Source: Auanema rhodensis
Lineage: Eukaryota > Animalia > Nematoda
Assembly: GCA_964057225.1 (NCBI GenBank)
Contig: OZ059900.1
Location: 13,516,001 to 13,580,000 of the forward strand
Direction: 5' to 3'
DNA: 64,000 nt
This document shows positions 42,301-58,570 of the stretch, piece after piece; position 1 is the stretch's first letter, and every line of letters starts with the position of its first letter. The position numbers were made by a program, and so were the translations under genes. The notes beneath the pieces are model-generated. The model ran no database searches and was not told the origin of the DNA. It saw nothing but the letters and a program-made list of their open reading frames with translations.

Positions 42301-45300
42301 TGTGCAATATTGAAAACTGTCTGTCTTAGTATGATTATATAACACTACAGATGCTAAAGCAAAATGAATTTGAATATGAACATGACGCGTCTTTTACATT
42401 ATAGTTTGACCGGATAAAGCTTTGTATAGCTTTGTACACTGATCACATATACGGCGAGAGGCTAGAACAGTTTATAAGTTTCCTGAATAGATTTGGTTTA
42501 ATTACCCAAGTTAGAGGTAGTATCTCAATCTAACCAGAGAACTTCTGAGTTGGAAATACATTTTGGAAAGCACACCACGAGTGTGCAATATTGAAAACTG
42601 TCTGTCTTAGTATGATTATATAACACTACAGATGCTAAAGCAAAATGAATTTGAATATGAACATGACGCGTCTTTTACATTATAGTTTGACCGGATAAAG
42701 CTTTGTATAGCTTTGTACACTGATCACATATACGGCGAGAGGCTAGAACAGTTTATAAGTTTCCTGAATAGATTTGGTTTAATTACCCAAGTTAGAGGTA
42801 GTATCTCAATCTAACCAGAGAACTTCTGAGTTGGAAATACATTTTGGAAAGCACACCATGAGTGTGCAATATTGAAAATTGTCTGTCTTAGTATGATTAT
42901 ATGACACTATAGATGCCAAAGCAAAACAAATTTGAATATGAACATGACGCGTCTTTTACATTATAGTTTGACCGGATAAAGCTTTGTATAGCTTTGTACA
43001 CTGATCACATATACGGCGATAGGCTAGAACAGTTCATAAGTTTCCTGAATAGATTTGGTTTAATTACCCAAGTTAGAGGTAGTATCTCAATCTAACCAGA
43101 GAACTTCTGAGTTGGAAATACATTTTTGAAAGCACACCACGAGTGTGCAATATTGAAAACTGTCTGTCTTAGTATGATTATATAACACTACCGATGCTAA
43201 AGCAAAATGAATTTGAATATGAACATGACGCGTCTTTTACATTATAGTTTGACCGGATAAAGCTTTGTATAGCTTTGTATAGCTTTGTACACTGATCACA
43301 TATACGGCGATAGGCTAGAACAGTTCATAAGTTTCCTGAATAGATTTGGTTTAATTACCCAAGTTAGAGGTAGTATCTCAATCTAACCAGAGAACTTCTG
43401 AGTTGGAAATACATTTTGGAAAGCACACCACGAGTGTGCAATATTGAAAACTGTCTGTCTTCGTATGATTATATGACACTATAGATGCCAAAGCAAAACA
43501 AATTTGAATATGAACATGACGCGTCTTTTACATTATAGTTTGACCGGATAAAGCTTTGTATAGCTTTGTATAGCTTTGTACACTGATCACATATACGGCG
43601 ATAGGCTAGAACAGTTCATAAGTTTCCTGAATAGATTTGGTTTAATTACCCAAGTTAGAGGTAGTATCTCAATCTAACCAGAGAACTTCTGAGTTGGAAA
43701 TACATTTTGGAAAGCACACCACGAGTGTGCAATATTGAAAACTGTCTGTCTTCGTATGATTATATGACACTATAGATGCCAAAGCAAAACAAATTTGAAT
43801 ATGAACATGACGCGTCTTTTACATTATAGTTTGACCGGATAAAGCTTTGTATAGCTTTGTATAGCTTTGTACACTGATCACATATACGGCGATAGGCTAG
43901 AACAGTTCATAAGTTTCCTTAATAGATTTGGTTTAATTACCCAAGTTAGAGGTAGTATCTCAATCTAACCAGAGAACTTCTGAGTTGGAAATACATTTTG
44001 GAAAGCACACCACGAGTGTGCAATTTTGAAAACTGTCTGTCTTAGTATGATTATATAACACTACCGATGCTAAAGCAAAATGAATTTGAATATGAACATG
44101 ACGCGTCTTTTACATTATAGTTTGATCGGATAAAGCTTTGTATAGCTTTGTATAGCTTTGTACACTGATCACATATACGGCGATAGGCTAGAACAGTTCA
44201 TAAGTTTCCTGAATAGATTTGGTTTAATTACCCAAGTTAGAGGTAGTATCTCAATCTAACCAGAGAACTTCTGAGTTGGAAATACATTTTGGAAAGCACA
44301 CCACGAGTGTGCAATATTGAAAACTGTCTGTCTTAGTATGATTATATAACACTATAGATGCCAAAGCAAAATGAATTTGAATATGAACATGACGCGTCTT
44401 TTACATTATAGTTTGACCGGATAAAGCTTTGTATAGCTTTGTATAGCTTTGTACACTGATCACATATACGGCGATAGGCTAGAACAGTTCATAAGTTTCC
44501 TGAATAGATTTGGTTTAATTACCCAAGTTAGAGGTAGTATCTCAATCTAACCAGAGAACTTCTGAGTTGGAAATACATTTTGGAAAGCACACCACGAGTG
44601 TGCAATATTGAAAACTGTCTGTCTTAGTATGATTATATAACACTACCGATGCTAAAGCAAAATGAATTTGAATATGAACATGACGCGTCTTTTACATTAT
44701 AGTTTGACCGGATAAAGCTTTGTATAGCTTTGTATAGCTTTGAACACTGATCACATATACGGCGATAGGCTAGAACAGTTCATAAGTTTCCTGAATAGAT
44801 TTGGTTTAATTACCCAAGTTAGAGGTAGTATCTCAATCTAACCAGAGAACTTCTGAGTTGGAAATACATTTTGGAAAGCACACCACGAGTGTGCAATATT
44901 GAAAACTGTCTGTCTTAGTATGATTATATAACACTACCGATGCTAAAGCAAAATGAATTTGAATATGAACATGACGCGTCTTTTACATTATAGTTTGACC
45001 GGATAAAGCTTTGTATAGCTTTGTATAGCTTTGTACACTGATCACATATACGGCGATAGGCTAGAACAGTTCATAAGTTTCCTGAATAGATTTGGTTTAA
45101 TTACCCAAGTTAGAGGTAGTATCTCAATCTAACCAGAGAACTTCTGAGTTGGAAATACATTTTGGAAAGCACACCACGAGTGTGCAATATTGAAAACTGT
45201 CTGTCTTAGTATGATTATATAACACTACCGATGCTAAAGCAAAATGAATTTGAATATGAACATGACGCGTCTTTTACATTATAGTTTGACCGGATAAAGC

Positions 45301-48300
45301 TTTGTATAGCTTTGTACACTGATCACATATACGGCGATAGGCTAGAACAGTTCATAAGTTTCCTGAATAGATTTGGTTTAATTACCCAAGTTAGAGGTAG
45401 TATCTCAATCTAACCAGAGAACTTCTGAGTTGGAAATACATTTTGGAAAGCACACCACGAGTGTGCAATATTGAAAACTGTCTGTCTTCGTATGATTATA
45501 TGACACTATAGATGCCAAAGCAAAACAAATTTGAATATGAACATGACGCGTCTTTTACATTATAGTTTGACCGGATAAAGCTTTGTATAGCTTTGTATAG
45601 CTTTGTACACTGATCACATATACGGCGATAGGCTAGAACAGTTCATAAGTTTCCTTAATAGATTTGGTTTAATTACCCAAGTTAGAGGTAGTATCTCAAT
45701 CTAACCAGAGAACTTCTGAGTTGGAAATACATTTTGGAAAGCACACCACGAGTGTGCAATTTTGAAAACTGTCTGTCTTAGTATGATTATATAACACTAC
45801 CGATGCTAAAGCAAAATGAATTTGAATATGAACATGACGCGTCTTTTACATTATAGTTTGACCGGATAAAGCTTTGTATAGCTTTGTATAGCTTTGTACA
45901 CTGATCACATATACGGCGATAGGCTAGAACAGTTCATAAGTTTCCTGAATAGATTTGGTTTAATTACCCAAGTTAGAGGTAGTATCTCAATCTAACCAGA
46001 GAACTTCTGAGTTGGAAATACATTTTGGAAAGCACACCACGAGTGTGCAATTTTGAAAACTGTCTGTCTTAGTATGATTATATAACACTACCGATGCTAA
46101 AGCAAAATGAATTTGAATATGAACATGACGCGTCTTTTACATTATAGTTTGATCGGATAAAGCTTTGTATAGCTTTGTATAGCTTTGTACACTGATCACA
46201 TATACGGCGATAGGCTAGAACAGTTCATAAGTTTCCTGAATAGATTTGGTTTAATTACCCAAGTTAGAGGTAGTATCTCAATCTAACCAGAGAACTTCTG
46301 AGTTGGAAATACATTTTGGAAAGCACACCACGAGTGTGCAATATTGAAAACTGTCTGTCTTAGTATGATTATATAACACTATAGATGCCAAAGCAAAATG
46401 AATTTGAATATGAACATGACGCGTCTTTTACATTATAGTTTGACCGGATAAAGCTTTGTATAGCTTTGTATAGCTTTGTACACTGATCACATATACGGCG
46501 ATAGGCTAGAACAGTTCATAAGTTTCCTGAATAGATTTGGTTTAATTACCCAAGTTAGAGGTAGTATCTCAATCTAACCAGAGAACTTCTGAGTTGGAAA
46601 TACATTTTGGAAAGCACACCACGAGTGTGCAATATTGAAAACTGTCTGTCTTAGTATGATTATATAACACTACCGATGCTAAAGCAAAATGAATTTGAAT
46701 ATGAACATGACGCGTCTTTTACATTATAGTTTGACCGGATAAAGCTTTGTATAGCTTTGTATAGCTTTGTACACTGATCACATATACGGCGATAGGCTAG
46801 AACAGTTCATAAGTTTCCTGAATAGATTTGGTTTAATTACCCAAGTTAGAGGTAGTATCTCAATCTAACCAGAGAACTTCTGAGTTGGAAATACATTTTG
46901 GAAAGCACACCACGAGTGTGCAATATTGAAAACTGTCTGTCTTAGTATGATTATATAACACTACCGATGCTAAAGCAAAATGAATTTGAATATGAACATG
47001 ACGCGTCTTTTACATTATAGTTTGACCGGATAAAGCTTTGTATAGCTTTGTATAGCTTTGTACACTGATCACATATACGGCGATAGGCTAGAACAGTTCA
47101 TAAGTTTCCTTAATAGATTTGGTTTAATTACCCAAGTTAGAGGTAGTATCTCAATCTAACCAGAGAACTTCTGAGTTGGAAATACATTTTGGAAAGCACA
47201 CCACGAGTGTGCAATTTTGAAAACTGTCTGTCTTAGTATGATTATATAACACTACCGATGCTAAAGCAAAATGAATTTGAATATGAACATGACGCGTCTT
47301 TTACATTATAGTTTGACCGGATAAAGCTTTGTATAGCTTTGTATAGCTTTGTACACTGATCACATATACGGCGATAGGCTAGAACAGTTCATAAGTTTCC
47401 TGAATAGATTTGGTTTAATTACCCAAGTTAGAGGTAGTATCTCAATCTAACCAGAGAACTTCTGAGTTGGAAATACATTTTGGAAAGCACACCACGAGTG
47501 TGCAATTTTGAAAACTGTCTGTCTTAGTATGATTATATAACACTACCGATGCTAAAGCAAAATGAATTTGAATATGAACATGACGCGTCTTTTACATTAT
47601 AGTTTGATCGGATAAAGCTTTGTATAGCTTTGTATAGCTTTGTACACTGATCACATATACGGCGATAGGCTAGAACAGTTCATAAGTTTCCTGAATAGAT
47701 TTGGTTTAATTACCCAAGTTAGAGGTAGTATCTCAATCTAACCAGAGAACTTCTGAGTTGGAAATACATTTTGGAAAGCACACCACGAGTGTGCAATATT
47801 GAAAACTGTCTGTCTTAGTATGATTATATAACACTATAGATGCCAAAGCAAAATGAATTTGAATATGAACATGACGCGTCTTTTACATTATAGTTTGACC
47901 GGATAAAGCTTTGTATAGCTTTGTATAGCTTTGTACACTGATCACATATACGGCGATAGGCTAGAACAGTTCATAAGTTTCCTGAATAGATTTGGTTTAA
48001 TTACCCAAGTTAGAGGTAGTATCTCAATCTAACCAGAGAACTTCTGAGTTGGAAATACATTTTGGAAAGCACACCACGAGTGTGCAATATTGAAAACTGT
48101 CTGTCTTAGTATGATTATATAACACTACCGATGCTAAAGCAAAATGAATTTGAATATGAACATGACGCGTCTTTTACATTATAGTTTGACCGGATAAAGC
48201 TTTGTATAGCTTTGTATAGCTTTGTACACTGATCACATATACGGCGATAGGCTAGAACAGTTCATAAGTTTCCTGAATAGATTTGGTTTAATTACCCAAG

Positions 48301-49980
48301 TTAGAGGTAGTATCTCAATCTAACCAGAGAACTTCTGAGTTGGAAATACATTTTGGAAAGCACACCACGAGTGTGCAATATTGAAAACTGTCTGTCTTAG
48401 TATGATTATATAACACTACCGATGCTAAAGCAAAATGAATTTGAATATGAACATGACGCGTCTTTTACATTATAGTTTGACCGGATAAAGCTTTGTATAG
48501 CTTTGTACACTGATCACATATACGGCGATAGGCTAGAACAGTTCATAAGTTTCCTGAATAGATTTGGTTTAATTACCCAAGTTAGAGGTAGTATCTCAAT
48601 CTAACCAGAGAACTTCTGAGTTGGAAATACATTTTGGAAAGCACACCACGAGTGTGCAATATTGAAAACTGTCTGTCTTAGTATGATTATATAACACTAC
48701 CGATGCTAAAGCAAAATGAATTTGAATATGAACATGACGCGTCTTTTACATTATAGTTTGACCGGATAAAGCTTTGTATAGCTTTGTACACTGATCACAT
48801 ATACGGCGATAGGCTAGAACAGTTCATAAGTTTCCTGAATAGATTTGGTTTAATTACCCAAGTTAGAGGTAGTATCTCAATCTAACCAGAGAACTTCTGA
48901 GTTGGAAATACATTTTGGAAAGCACACCACGAGTGTGCAATTTTGAAAACTGTCTGTCTTAGTATGATTATATAACACTACCGATGCTAAAGCAAAATGA
49001 ATTTGAATATGAACATGACGCGTCTTTTACATTATAGTTTGACCGGATAAAGCTTTGTATAGCTTTGTACACTGATCACATATACGGCGATAGGCTAGAA
49101 CAGTTCATAAGTTTCCTGAATAGATTTGGTTTAATTACCCAAGTTAGAGGTAGTATCTCAATCTAACCAGAGAACTTCTGAGTTGGAAATACATTTTGGA
49201 AAGCACACCACGAGTGTGCAATATTGAAAACTGTCTGTCTTAGTATGATTATATAACACTACCGATGCTAAAGCAAAATGAATTTGAATATGAACATGAC
49301 GCGTCTTTTACATTATAGTTTGACCGGATAAAGCTTTGTATAGCTTTGTACACTGATCACATATACGGCGATAGGCTAGAACAGTTCATAAGTTTCCTGA
49401 ATAGATTTGGTTTAATTACCCAAGTTAGAGGTAGTATCTCAATCTAACCAGAGAACTTCTGAGTTGGAAATACATTTTGGAAAGCACACCACGAGTGTGC
49501 AATATTGAAAACTGTCTGTCTTAGTATGATTATATAACACTACCGATGCTAAAGCAAAATGAATTTGAATATGAACATGACGCGTCTTTTACATTATAGT
49601 TTGACCGGATAAAGCTTTGTATAGCTTTGTACACTGATCACATATACGGCGATAGGCTAGAACAGTTCATAAGTTTCCTGAATAGATTTGGTTTAATTAC
49701 CCAAGTTAGAGGTAGTATCTCAATCTAACCAGAGAACTTCTGAGTTGGAAATACATTTTGGAAAGCACACCACGAGTGTGCAATATTGAAAACTGTCTGT
49801 CTTAGTATGATTATATAACACTACCGATGCTAAAGCAAAATGAATTTGAATATGAACATGACGCGTCTTTTACATTATAGTTTGACCGGATAAAGCTTTG
49901 TATAGCTTTGTATAGCTTTGTACACTGATCACATATACGGCGATAGGCTAGAACAGTTCATAAGTTTCCTTAATAGATTT

Positions 49981-50073
49981 GGTTTAATTACTCAAGTTAG
50001 AGGTAGTATCTCAATCTAACCAGAGAACTTCTGAGTTGGAAATACATTTTGGAAATCACACCACGAGTGTGCA
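49981..50073 (+). ncRNA. Divergent SL1-like copy 174 (leader C12T, stem III G>T)
   Basis: Leader GGTTTAATTACTCAAGTTAGAG (49992); GCACAC>TCACAC at 50056. Confidence 0.75.
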
Positions 50074-53000
50074 ATTTTGAAAACTGTCTGTCTTAGTATG
50101 ATTATATAGCACTACCGATGCTAAAGCAAAATGAATTTGAATATGAACATGACGCGTCTTTTACATTATAGTTTGATCGGATAAAGCTTTGTATAGCTTT
50201 GTACACTGATCACATATACGGCGATAGGCTAGAACAGTTCATAAGTTTCCTGAATAGATTTGGTTTAATTACCCAAGTTAGAGGTAGTATCTCAATCTAA
50301 CCAGAGAACTTCTGAGTTGGAAATACATTTTGGAAAGCACACCACGAGTGTGCAATTTTGAAAACTGTCTGTCTTAGTATGATTATATAGCACTACCGAT
50401 GCTAAAGCAAAATGAATTTGAATATGAACATGACGCGTCTTTTACATTATAGTTTGACCGGATAAAGCTTTGTATAGCTTTGTATAGCTTTGTACACTGA
50501 TCACATATACGGCGATAGGCTAGAACAGTTCATAAGTTTCCTGAATAGATTTGGTTTAATTACCCAAGTTAGAGGTAGTATCTCAATCTAACCAGAGAAC
50601 TTCTGAGTTGGAAATACATTTTGGAAAGCACACCACGAGTGTGCAATATTGAAAACTGTCTGTCTTAGTATGATTATATAACACTACCGATGCTAAAGCA
50701 AAATGAATTTGAATATGAACATGACGCGTCTTTTACATTATAGTTTGACCGGATAAAGCTTTGTATAGCTTTGTACACTGATCACATATACGGCGATAGG
50801 CTAGAACAGTTCATAAGTTTCCTGAATAGATTTGGTTTAATTACCCAAGTTAGAGGTAGTATCTCAATCTAACCAGAGAACTTCTGAGTTGGAAATACAT
50901 TTTGGAAAGCACACCACGAGTGTGCAATATTGAAAACTGTCTGTCTTAGTATGATTATATAACACTACCGATGCTAAAGCAAAATGAATTTGAATATGAA
51001 CATGACGCGTCTTTTACATTATAGTTTGACCGGATAAAGCTTTGTATAGCTTTGTACACTGATCACATATACGGCGATAGGCTAGAACAGTTCATAAGTT
51101 TCCTGAATAGATTTGGTTTAATTACCCAAGTTAGAGGTAGTATCTCAATCTAACCAGAGAACTTCTGAGTTGGAAATACATTTTGGAAAGCACACCACGA
51201 GTGTGCAATATTGAAAACTGTCTGTCTCAGTATGATTATATAACACTACCGATGCTAAAGCAAAATGAATTTGAATATGAACATGACGCGTCTTTTACAT
51301 TATAGTTTGACCGGATAAAGCTTTGTATAGCTTTGTACACTGATCACATATACGGCGATAGGCTAGAACAGTTCATAAGTTTCCTGAATAGATTTGGTTT
51401 AATTACCCAAGTTAGAGGTAGTATCTCAATCTAACCAGAGAACTTCTGAGTTGGAAATACATTTTGGAAAGCACACCACGAGTGTGCAATATTGAAAACT
51501 GTCTGTCTTAGTATGATTATATAACACTACCGATGCTAAAGCAAAATGAATTTGAATATGAACATGACGCGTCTTTTACATTATAGTTTGACCGGATAAA
51601 GCTTTGTATAGCTTTGTACACTGATCACATATACGGCGATAGGCTAGAACAGTTCATAAGTTTCCTGAATAGATTTGGTTTAATTACCCAAGTTAGAGGT
51701 AGTATCTCAATCTAACCAGAGAACTTCTGAGTTGGAAATACATTTTGGAAAGCACACCACGAGTGTGCAATATTGAAAACTGTCTGTCTTAGTATGATTA
51801 TATAACACTACCGATGCTAAAGCAAAATGAATTTGAATATGAACATGACGCGTCTTTTACATTATAGTTTGACCGGATAAAGCTTTGTATAGCTTTGTAC
51901 ACTGATCACATATACGGCGATAGGCTAGAACAGTTCATAAGTTTCCTGAATAGATTTGGTTTAATTACCCAAGTTAGAGGTAGTATCTCAATCTAACCAG
52001 AGAACTTCTGAGTTGGAAATACATTTTGGAAAGCACACCACGAGTGTGCAATATTGAAAACTGTCTGTCTTAGTATGATTATATAACACTACCGATGCTA
52101 AAGCAAAATGAATTTGAATATGAACATGACGCGTCTTTTACATTATAGTTTGATCGGATAAAGCTTTGTATAGCTTTGTACACTGATCACATATACGGCG
52201 ATAGGCTAGAACAGTTCATAAGTTTCCTGAATAGATTTGGTTTAATTACCCAAGTTAGAGGTAGTATCTCAATCTAACCAGAGAACTTCTGAGTTGGAAA
52301 TACATTTTGGAAAGCACACCACGAGTGTGCAATTTTGAAAACTGTCTGTCTTAGTATGATTATATAGCACTACCGATGCTAAAGCAAAATGAATTTGAAT
52401 ATGAACATGACGCGTCTTTTACATTATAGTTTGACCGGATAAAGCTTTGTATAGCTTTGTATAGCTTTGTACACTGATCACATATACGGCGATAGGCTAG
52501 AACAGTTCATAACTTTCCTGAATAGATTTGGTTTAATTACCCAAGTTAGAGGTAGTATCTCAATCTAACCAGAGAACTTCTGAGTTGGAAATACATTTTG
52601 GAAAGCACACCACGAGTGTGCAATATTGAAAACTGTCTGTCTTAGTATGATTATATAACACTATAGATGCCAAAGCAAAATGAATTTGAATATGAACATG
52701 ACGCGTCTTTTACATTATAGTTTGATCGGATAAAGCTTTGTATAGCTTTGTACACTGATCACATATACGGCGATAGGCTAGAACAGTTCATAAGTTTCCT
52801 GAATAGATTTGGTTTAATTACCCAAGTTAGAGGTAGTATCTCAATCTAACCAGAGAACTTCTGAGTTGGAAATACATTTTGGAAAGCACACCACGAGTGT
52901 GCAATATTGAAAACTGTCTGTCTTAGTATGATTATATAACACTATAGATGCCAAAGCAAAATGAATTTGAATATGAACATGACGCGTCTTTTACATTATA

Positions 53001-55700
53001 GTTTGACCGGATAAAGCTTTGTATAGCTTTGTATAGCTTTGTACACTGATCACATATGCGGCGATAGGCTAGAACAGTTCATAAGTTTCCTGAATAGATT
53101 TGGTTTAATTACCCAAGTTAGAGGTAGTATCTCAATCTAACCAGAGAACTTCTGAGTTGGAAATACATTTTTGAAAGCACACCACGAGTGTGCAATATTG
53201 AAAACTGTCTGTCTTAGTATGATTATATAACACTATAGATGCCAAAGCAAAATGAATTTGAATATGAACATGACGCGTCTTTTACATTATAGTTTGACCG
53301 GATAAAGCTTTGTATAGCTTTGTATAGCTTTGTACACTGATCACATATACGGCGATAGGCTAGAACAGTTCATAAGTTTCCTGAATAGATTTGGTTTAAT
53401 TACCCAAGTTAGAGGTAGTATCTCAATCTAACCAGAGAACTTCTGAGTTGGAAATACATTTTGGAAAGCACACCACGAGTGTGCAATATTGAAAACTGTC
53501 TGTCTTAGTATGATTATATAACACTACCGATGCTAAAGCAAAATGAATTTGAATATGAACATGACGCGTCTTTTACATTATAGTTTGATCGGATAAAGCT
53601 TTGTATAGCTTTGTACACTGATCACATATACGGCGATAGGCTAGAACAGTTCATAAGTTTCCTGAATAGATTTGGTTTAATTACCTAAGTTAGAGGTAGT
53701 ATCTCAATCTAACCAGAGAACTTCTGAGTTGGAAATACATTTTGGAAAGCACACCACGAGTGTGCAATATTGAAAACTGTTTGTCTTAGTATGATTATAT
53801 GACACTATAGATGCCAAAGCAAAACAAATTTGAATATGAACATGACGCGTCTTTTACATTATAGTTTGATCGGATAAAGCTTTGTATAGCTTTGTACACT
53901 GATCACATATACGGCGATAGGCTAGAACAGTTCATAAGTTTCCTGAATAGATTTGGTTTAATTACCCAAGTTAGAGGTAGTATCTCAATCTAACCAGAGA
54001 ACTTCTGAGTTGGAAATACATTTTGGAAAGCACACCACGAGTGTGCAATATTGAAAACTGTTTGTCTTAGTATGATTATATGACACTATAGATGCCAAAG
54101 CAAAACAAATTTGAATATGAACATGACGCGTCTTTTACATTATAGTTTGACCGGATAAAGCTTTGTATAGCTTTGTATAGCTTTGTACACTGATCACATA
54201 TACGGCGATAGGCTAGAACAGTTCATAAGTTTCCTGAATAGATTTGGTTTAATTACCCAAGTTAGAGGTAGTATCTCAATCTAACCAGAGAACTTCTGAG
54301 TTGGAAATACATTTTTGAAAGCACACCACGAGTGTGCAATATTGAAAACTGTCTGTCTTAGTATGATTATATAACACTACTGATGCTAAAGCAAAATGAA
54401 TTTGAATATGAACATGACGCGTCTTTTACATTATAGTTTGACCGGATAAAGCTTTGTATAGCTTTGTATAGCTTTGTACACTGATCACATATACGGCGAT
54501 AGGCTAGAACAGTTCATAAGTTTCCTGAATAGATTTGGTTTAATTACCCAAGTTAGAGGTAGTATCTCAATCTAACCAGAGAACTTCTGAGTTGAAAATA
54601 CATTTTGGAAAGCACACCACGAGTGTGCAATATTGAAAACTGTCTGTCTTAGTATGATTATATAACACTACCGATGCTAAAGCAAAATGAATTTGAATAT
54701 GAACATGACGCGTCTTTTACATTATAGTTTGACCGGATAAAGCTTTGTATAGCTTTGTATAGCTTTGTACACTGATCACATATACGGCGATAGGCTAGAA
54801 CAGTTCATAAGTTTCCTTAATAGATTTGGTTTAATTACCCAAGTTAGAGGTAGTATCTCAATCTAACCAGAGAACTTCTGAGTTGGAAATACATTTTGGA
54901 AAGCACACCACGAGTGTGCAATTTTGAAAACTGTCTGTCTTAGTATGATTATATAACACTACCGATGCTAAAGCAAAATGAATTTGAATATGAACATGAC
55001 GCGTCTTTTACATTATAGTTTGATCGGATAAAGCTTTGTATAGCTTTGTATAGCTTTGTACACTGATCACATATACGGCGATAGGCTAGAACAGTTCATA
55101 AGTTTCCTGAATAGATTTGGTTTAATTACCCAAGTTAGAGGTAGTATCTCAATCTAACCAGAGAACTTCTGAGTTGGAAATACATTTTGGAAAGCACACC
55201 ACGAGTGTGCAATATTGAAAACTGTCTGTCTTAGTATGATTATATAACACTATAGATGCCAAAGCAAAATGAATTTGAATATGAACATGACGCGTCTTTT
55301 ACATTATAGTTTGACCGGATAAAGCTTTGTATAGCTTTGTATAGCTTTGTACACTGATCACATATACGGCGATAGGCTAGAACAGTTCATAAGTTTCCTG
55401 AATAGATTTGGTTTAATTACCCAAGTTAGAGGTAGTATCTCAATCTAACCAGAGAACTTCTGAGTTGGAAATACATTTTGGAAAGCACACCACGAGTGTG
55501 CAATATTGAAAACTGTCTGTCTTAGTATGATTATATAACACTACCGATGCTAAAGCAAAATGAATTTGAATATGAACATGACGCGTCTTTTACATTATAG
55601 TTTGACCGGATAAAGCTTTGTATAGCTTTGTATAGCTTTGTACACTGATCACATATACGGCGAGAGGCTAGAACAGTTTATAAGTTTCCTGAATAAACTT

Positions 55701-55793
55701 GGTTTAATTACCCAAGTTAGAGGTAGTATCTCAATCCAACCAGAGAACTTCTGAGTTGGAAATACATTTTGGAAAGCACACCATGAGTGTGCA
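55701..55793 (+). ncRNA. SL1-like RNA subtype copy 194 (stem II CCAAC, loop III CATGA)
   Basis: T>C at 55737, C>T at 55784, upstream AATAAACTT instead of AATAGATTT. Confidence 0.85.
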
Positions 55794-58570
55794 ATATTGA
55801 AAATTGTCTGTCTTAGTATGATTATATGACACTATAGATGCCAAAGCAAAACAAATTTGAATATGAACATGACGCGTCTTTTACATTATAGTTTGACCGG
55901 ATAAAGCTTTGTATAGCTTTGTATAGCTTTGTACACTGATCACATATACGGCGATAGGCTAGAACAGTTCATAAGTTTCCTGAATAGATTTGGTTTAATT
56001 ACCCAAGTTAGAGGTAGTATCTCAATCTAACCAGAGAACTTCTGAGTTGGAAATACATTTTGGAAAGCACACCACGAGTGTGCAATATTGAAAACTGTCT
56101 GTCTTAGTATGATTATATAACACTACCGATGCTAAAGCAAAATGAATTTGAATATGAACATGACGCGTCTTTTACATTATAGTTTGACCGGATAAAGCTT
56201 TGTATAGCTTTGTATAGCTTTGTACACTGATCACATATACGGCGATAGGCTAGAACAGTTCATAAGTTTCCTGAATAGATTTGGTTTAATTACCCAAGTT
56301 AGAGGTAGTATCTCAATCTAACCAGAGAACTTCTGAGTTGGAAATACATTTTGGAAAGCACACCACGAGTGTGCAATATTGAAAACTGTCTGTCTTAGTA
56401 TGATTATATAACACTACCGATGCTAAAGCAAAATGAATTTGAATATGAACATGACGCGTCTTTTACATTATAGTTTGACCGGATAAAGCTTTGTATAGCT
56501 TTGTACACTGATCACATATACGGCGAGAGGCTAGAACAGTTTATAAGTTTCCTGAATAGATTTGGTTTAATTACCCAAGTTAGAGGTAGTATCTCAATCT
56601 AACCAGAGAACTTCTGAGTTGGAAATACATTTTGGAAAGCACACCACGAGTGTGCAATATTGAAAATTGTCTGTCTTAGTATGATTATATGACACTATAG
56701 ATGCCAAAGCAAAACAAATTTGAATATGAACATGACGCGTCTTTTACATTATAGTTTGACCGGATAAAGCTTTGTATTGCTTTGTATAGCTTTGTACACT
56801 GATCACATATACGGCGATAGGCTAGAACAGTTTATAAGTTTCCTGAATAGATTTGGTTTAATTACCCAAGTTAGAGGTAGTATCTCAATCTAACCAGAGA
56901 ACTTCTGAGTTGGAAATACATTTTGAAAAGCACACCACGAGTGTGCAATATTGAAAACTGTCTGTCTTAGTATGATTATATAACACTACCGATGCTAAAG
57001 CAAAATGAATTTGAATATGAACATGACGCGTCTTTTACATTATAGTTTGACCGGATAAAGCTTTGTATAGCTTTGTACACTGATCACATATACGGCGAGA
57101 GGCTAGAACAGTTTATAAGTTTCCTGAATAGATTTGGTTTAATTACCCAAGTTAGAGGTAGTATCTCAATCTAACCAGAGAACTTCTGAGTTGGAAATAC
57201 ATTTTGGAAAGCACACCACGAGTATGCAATATTGAAAACTGTCTGTCTTAGTATGATTATATAACACTATAGATGCCAAAGCAAAATGAATTTGAATATG
57301 AACATGACGCGTCTTTTACATTATAGTTTGACCGGATAAAGCTTTGTATAGCTTTGTATAGCTTTGTACACTGATCACATATACGGCGATAGGCTAGAAC
57401 AGTTCATAAGTTTCCTGAATAGATTTGGTTTAATTACCCAAGTTAGAGGTAGTATCTCAATCTAACCAGAGAACTTCTGAGTTGGAAATACATTTTGGAA
57501 AGCACACCACGAGTGTGCAATATTGAAAACTGTCTGTCTTAGTATGATTATATAACACTACCGATGCTAAAGCAAAATGAATTTGAATATGAACATGACG
57601 CGTCTTTTACATTATAGTTTGACCGGATAAAGCTTTGTATAGCTTTGTACACTGATCACATATACGGCGATAGGCTAGAACAGTTCATAAGTTTCCTGAA
57701 TAGATTTGGTTTAATTACCTAAGTTAGAGGTAGTATCTCAATCTAACCAGAGAACTTCTGAGTTGGAAATACATTTTGGAAAGCACACCACGAGTGTGCA
57801 ATATTGAAAACTGTCTGTCTTAGTATGATTATATAACACTACCGATGCTAAAGCAAAATGAATTTGAATATGAACATGACGCGTCTTTTACATTATAGTT
57901 TGACCGGATAAAGCTTTGTATAGCTTTGTATAGCTTTGTACACTGATCACATATACGGCGATAGGCTAGAACAGTTCATAAGTTTCCTGAATAGATTTGG
58001 TTTAATTACCCAAGTTAGAGGTAGTATCTCAATCTAACCAGAGAACTTCTGAGTTGGAAATACATTTTGGAAAGCACACCACGAGTGTGCAATATTGAAA
58101 ACTGTCTGTCTTAGTATGATTATATAACACTACAGATGCTAAAGCAAAATGAATTTGAATATGAACATGACGCGTCTTTTACATTATAGTTTGACCGGAT
58201 AAAGCTTTGTATAGCTTTGTACACTGATCACATATACGGCGAGAGGCTAGAACAGTTTATAAGTTTCCTGAATAGATTTGGTTTAATTACCCAAGTTAGA
58301 GGTAGTATCTCAATCTAACCAGAGAACTTCTGAGTTGGAAATACATTTTGGAAAGCACACCACGAGTGTGCAATATTGAAAACTGTCTGTCTTAGTATGA
58401 TTATATAACACTACAGATGCTAAAGCAAAATGAATTTGAATATGAACATGACGCGTCTTTTACATTATAGTTTGACCGGATAAAGCTTTGTATAGCTTTG
58501 TATAGCTTTGTACACTGATCACATATACGGCGAGAGGCTAGAACAGTTTATAAGTTTCCTGAATAAACTT

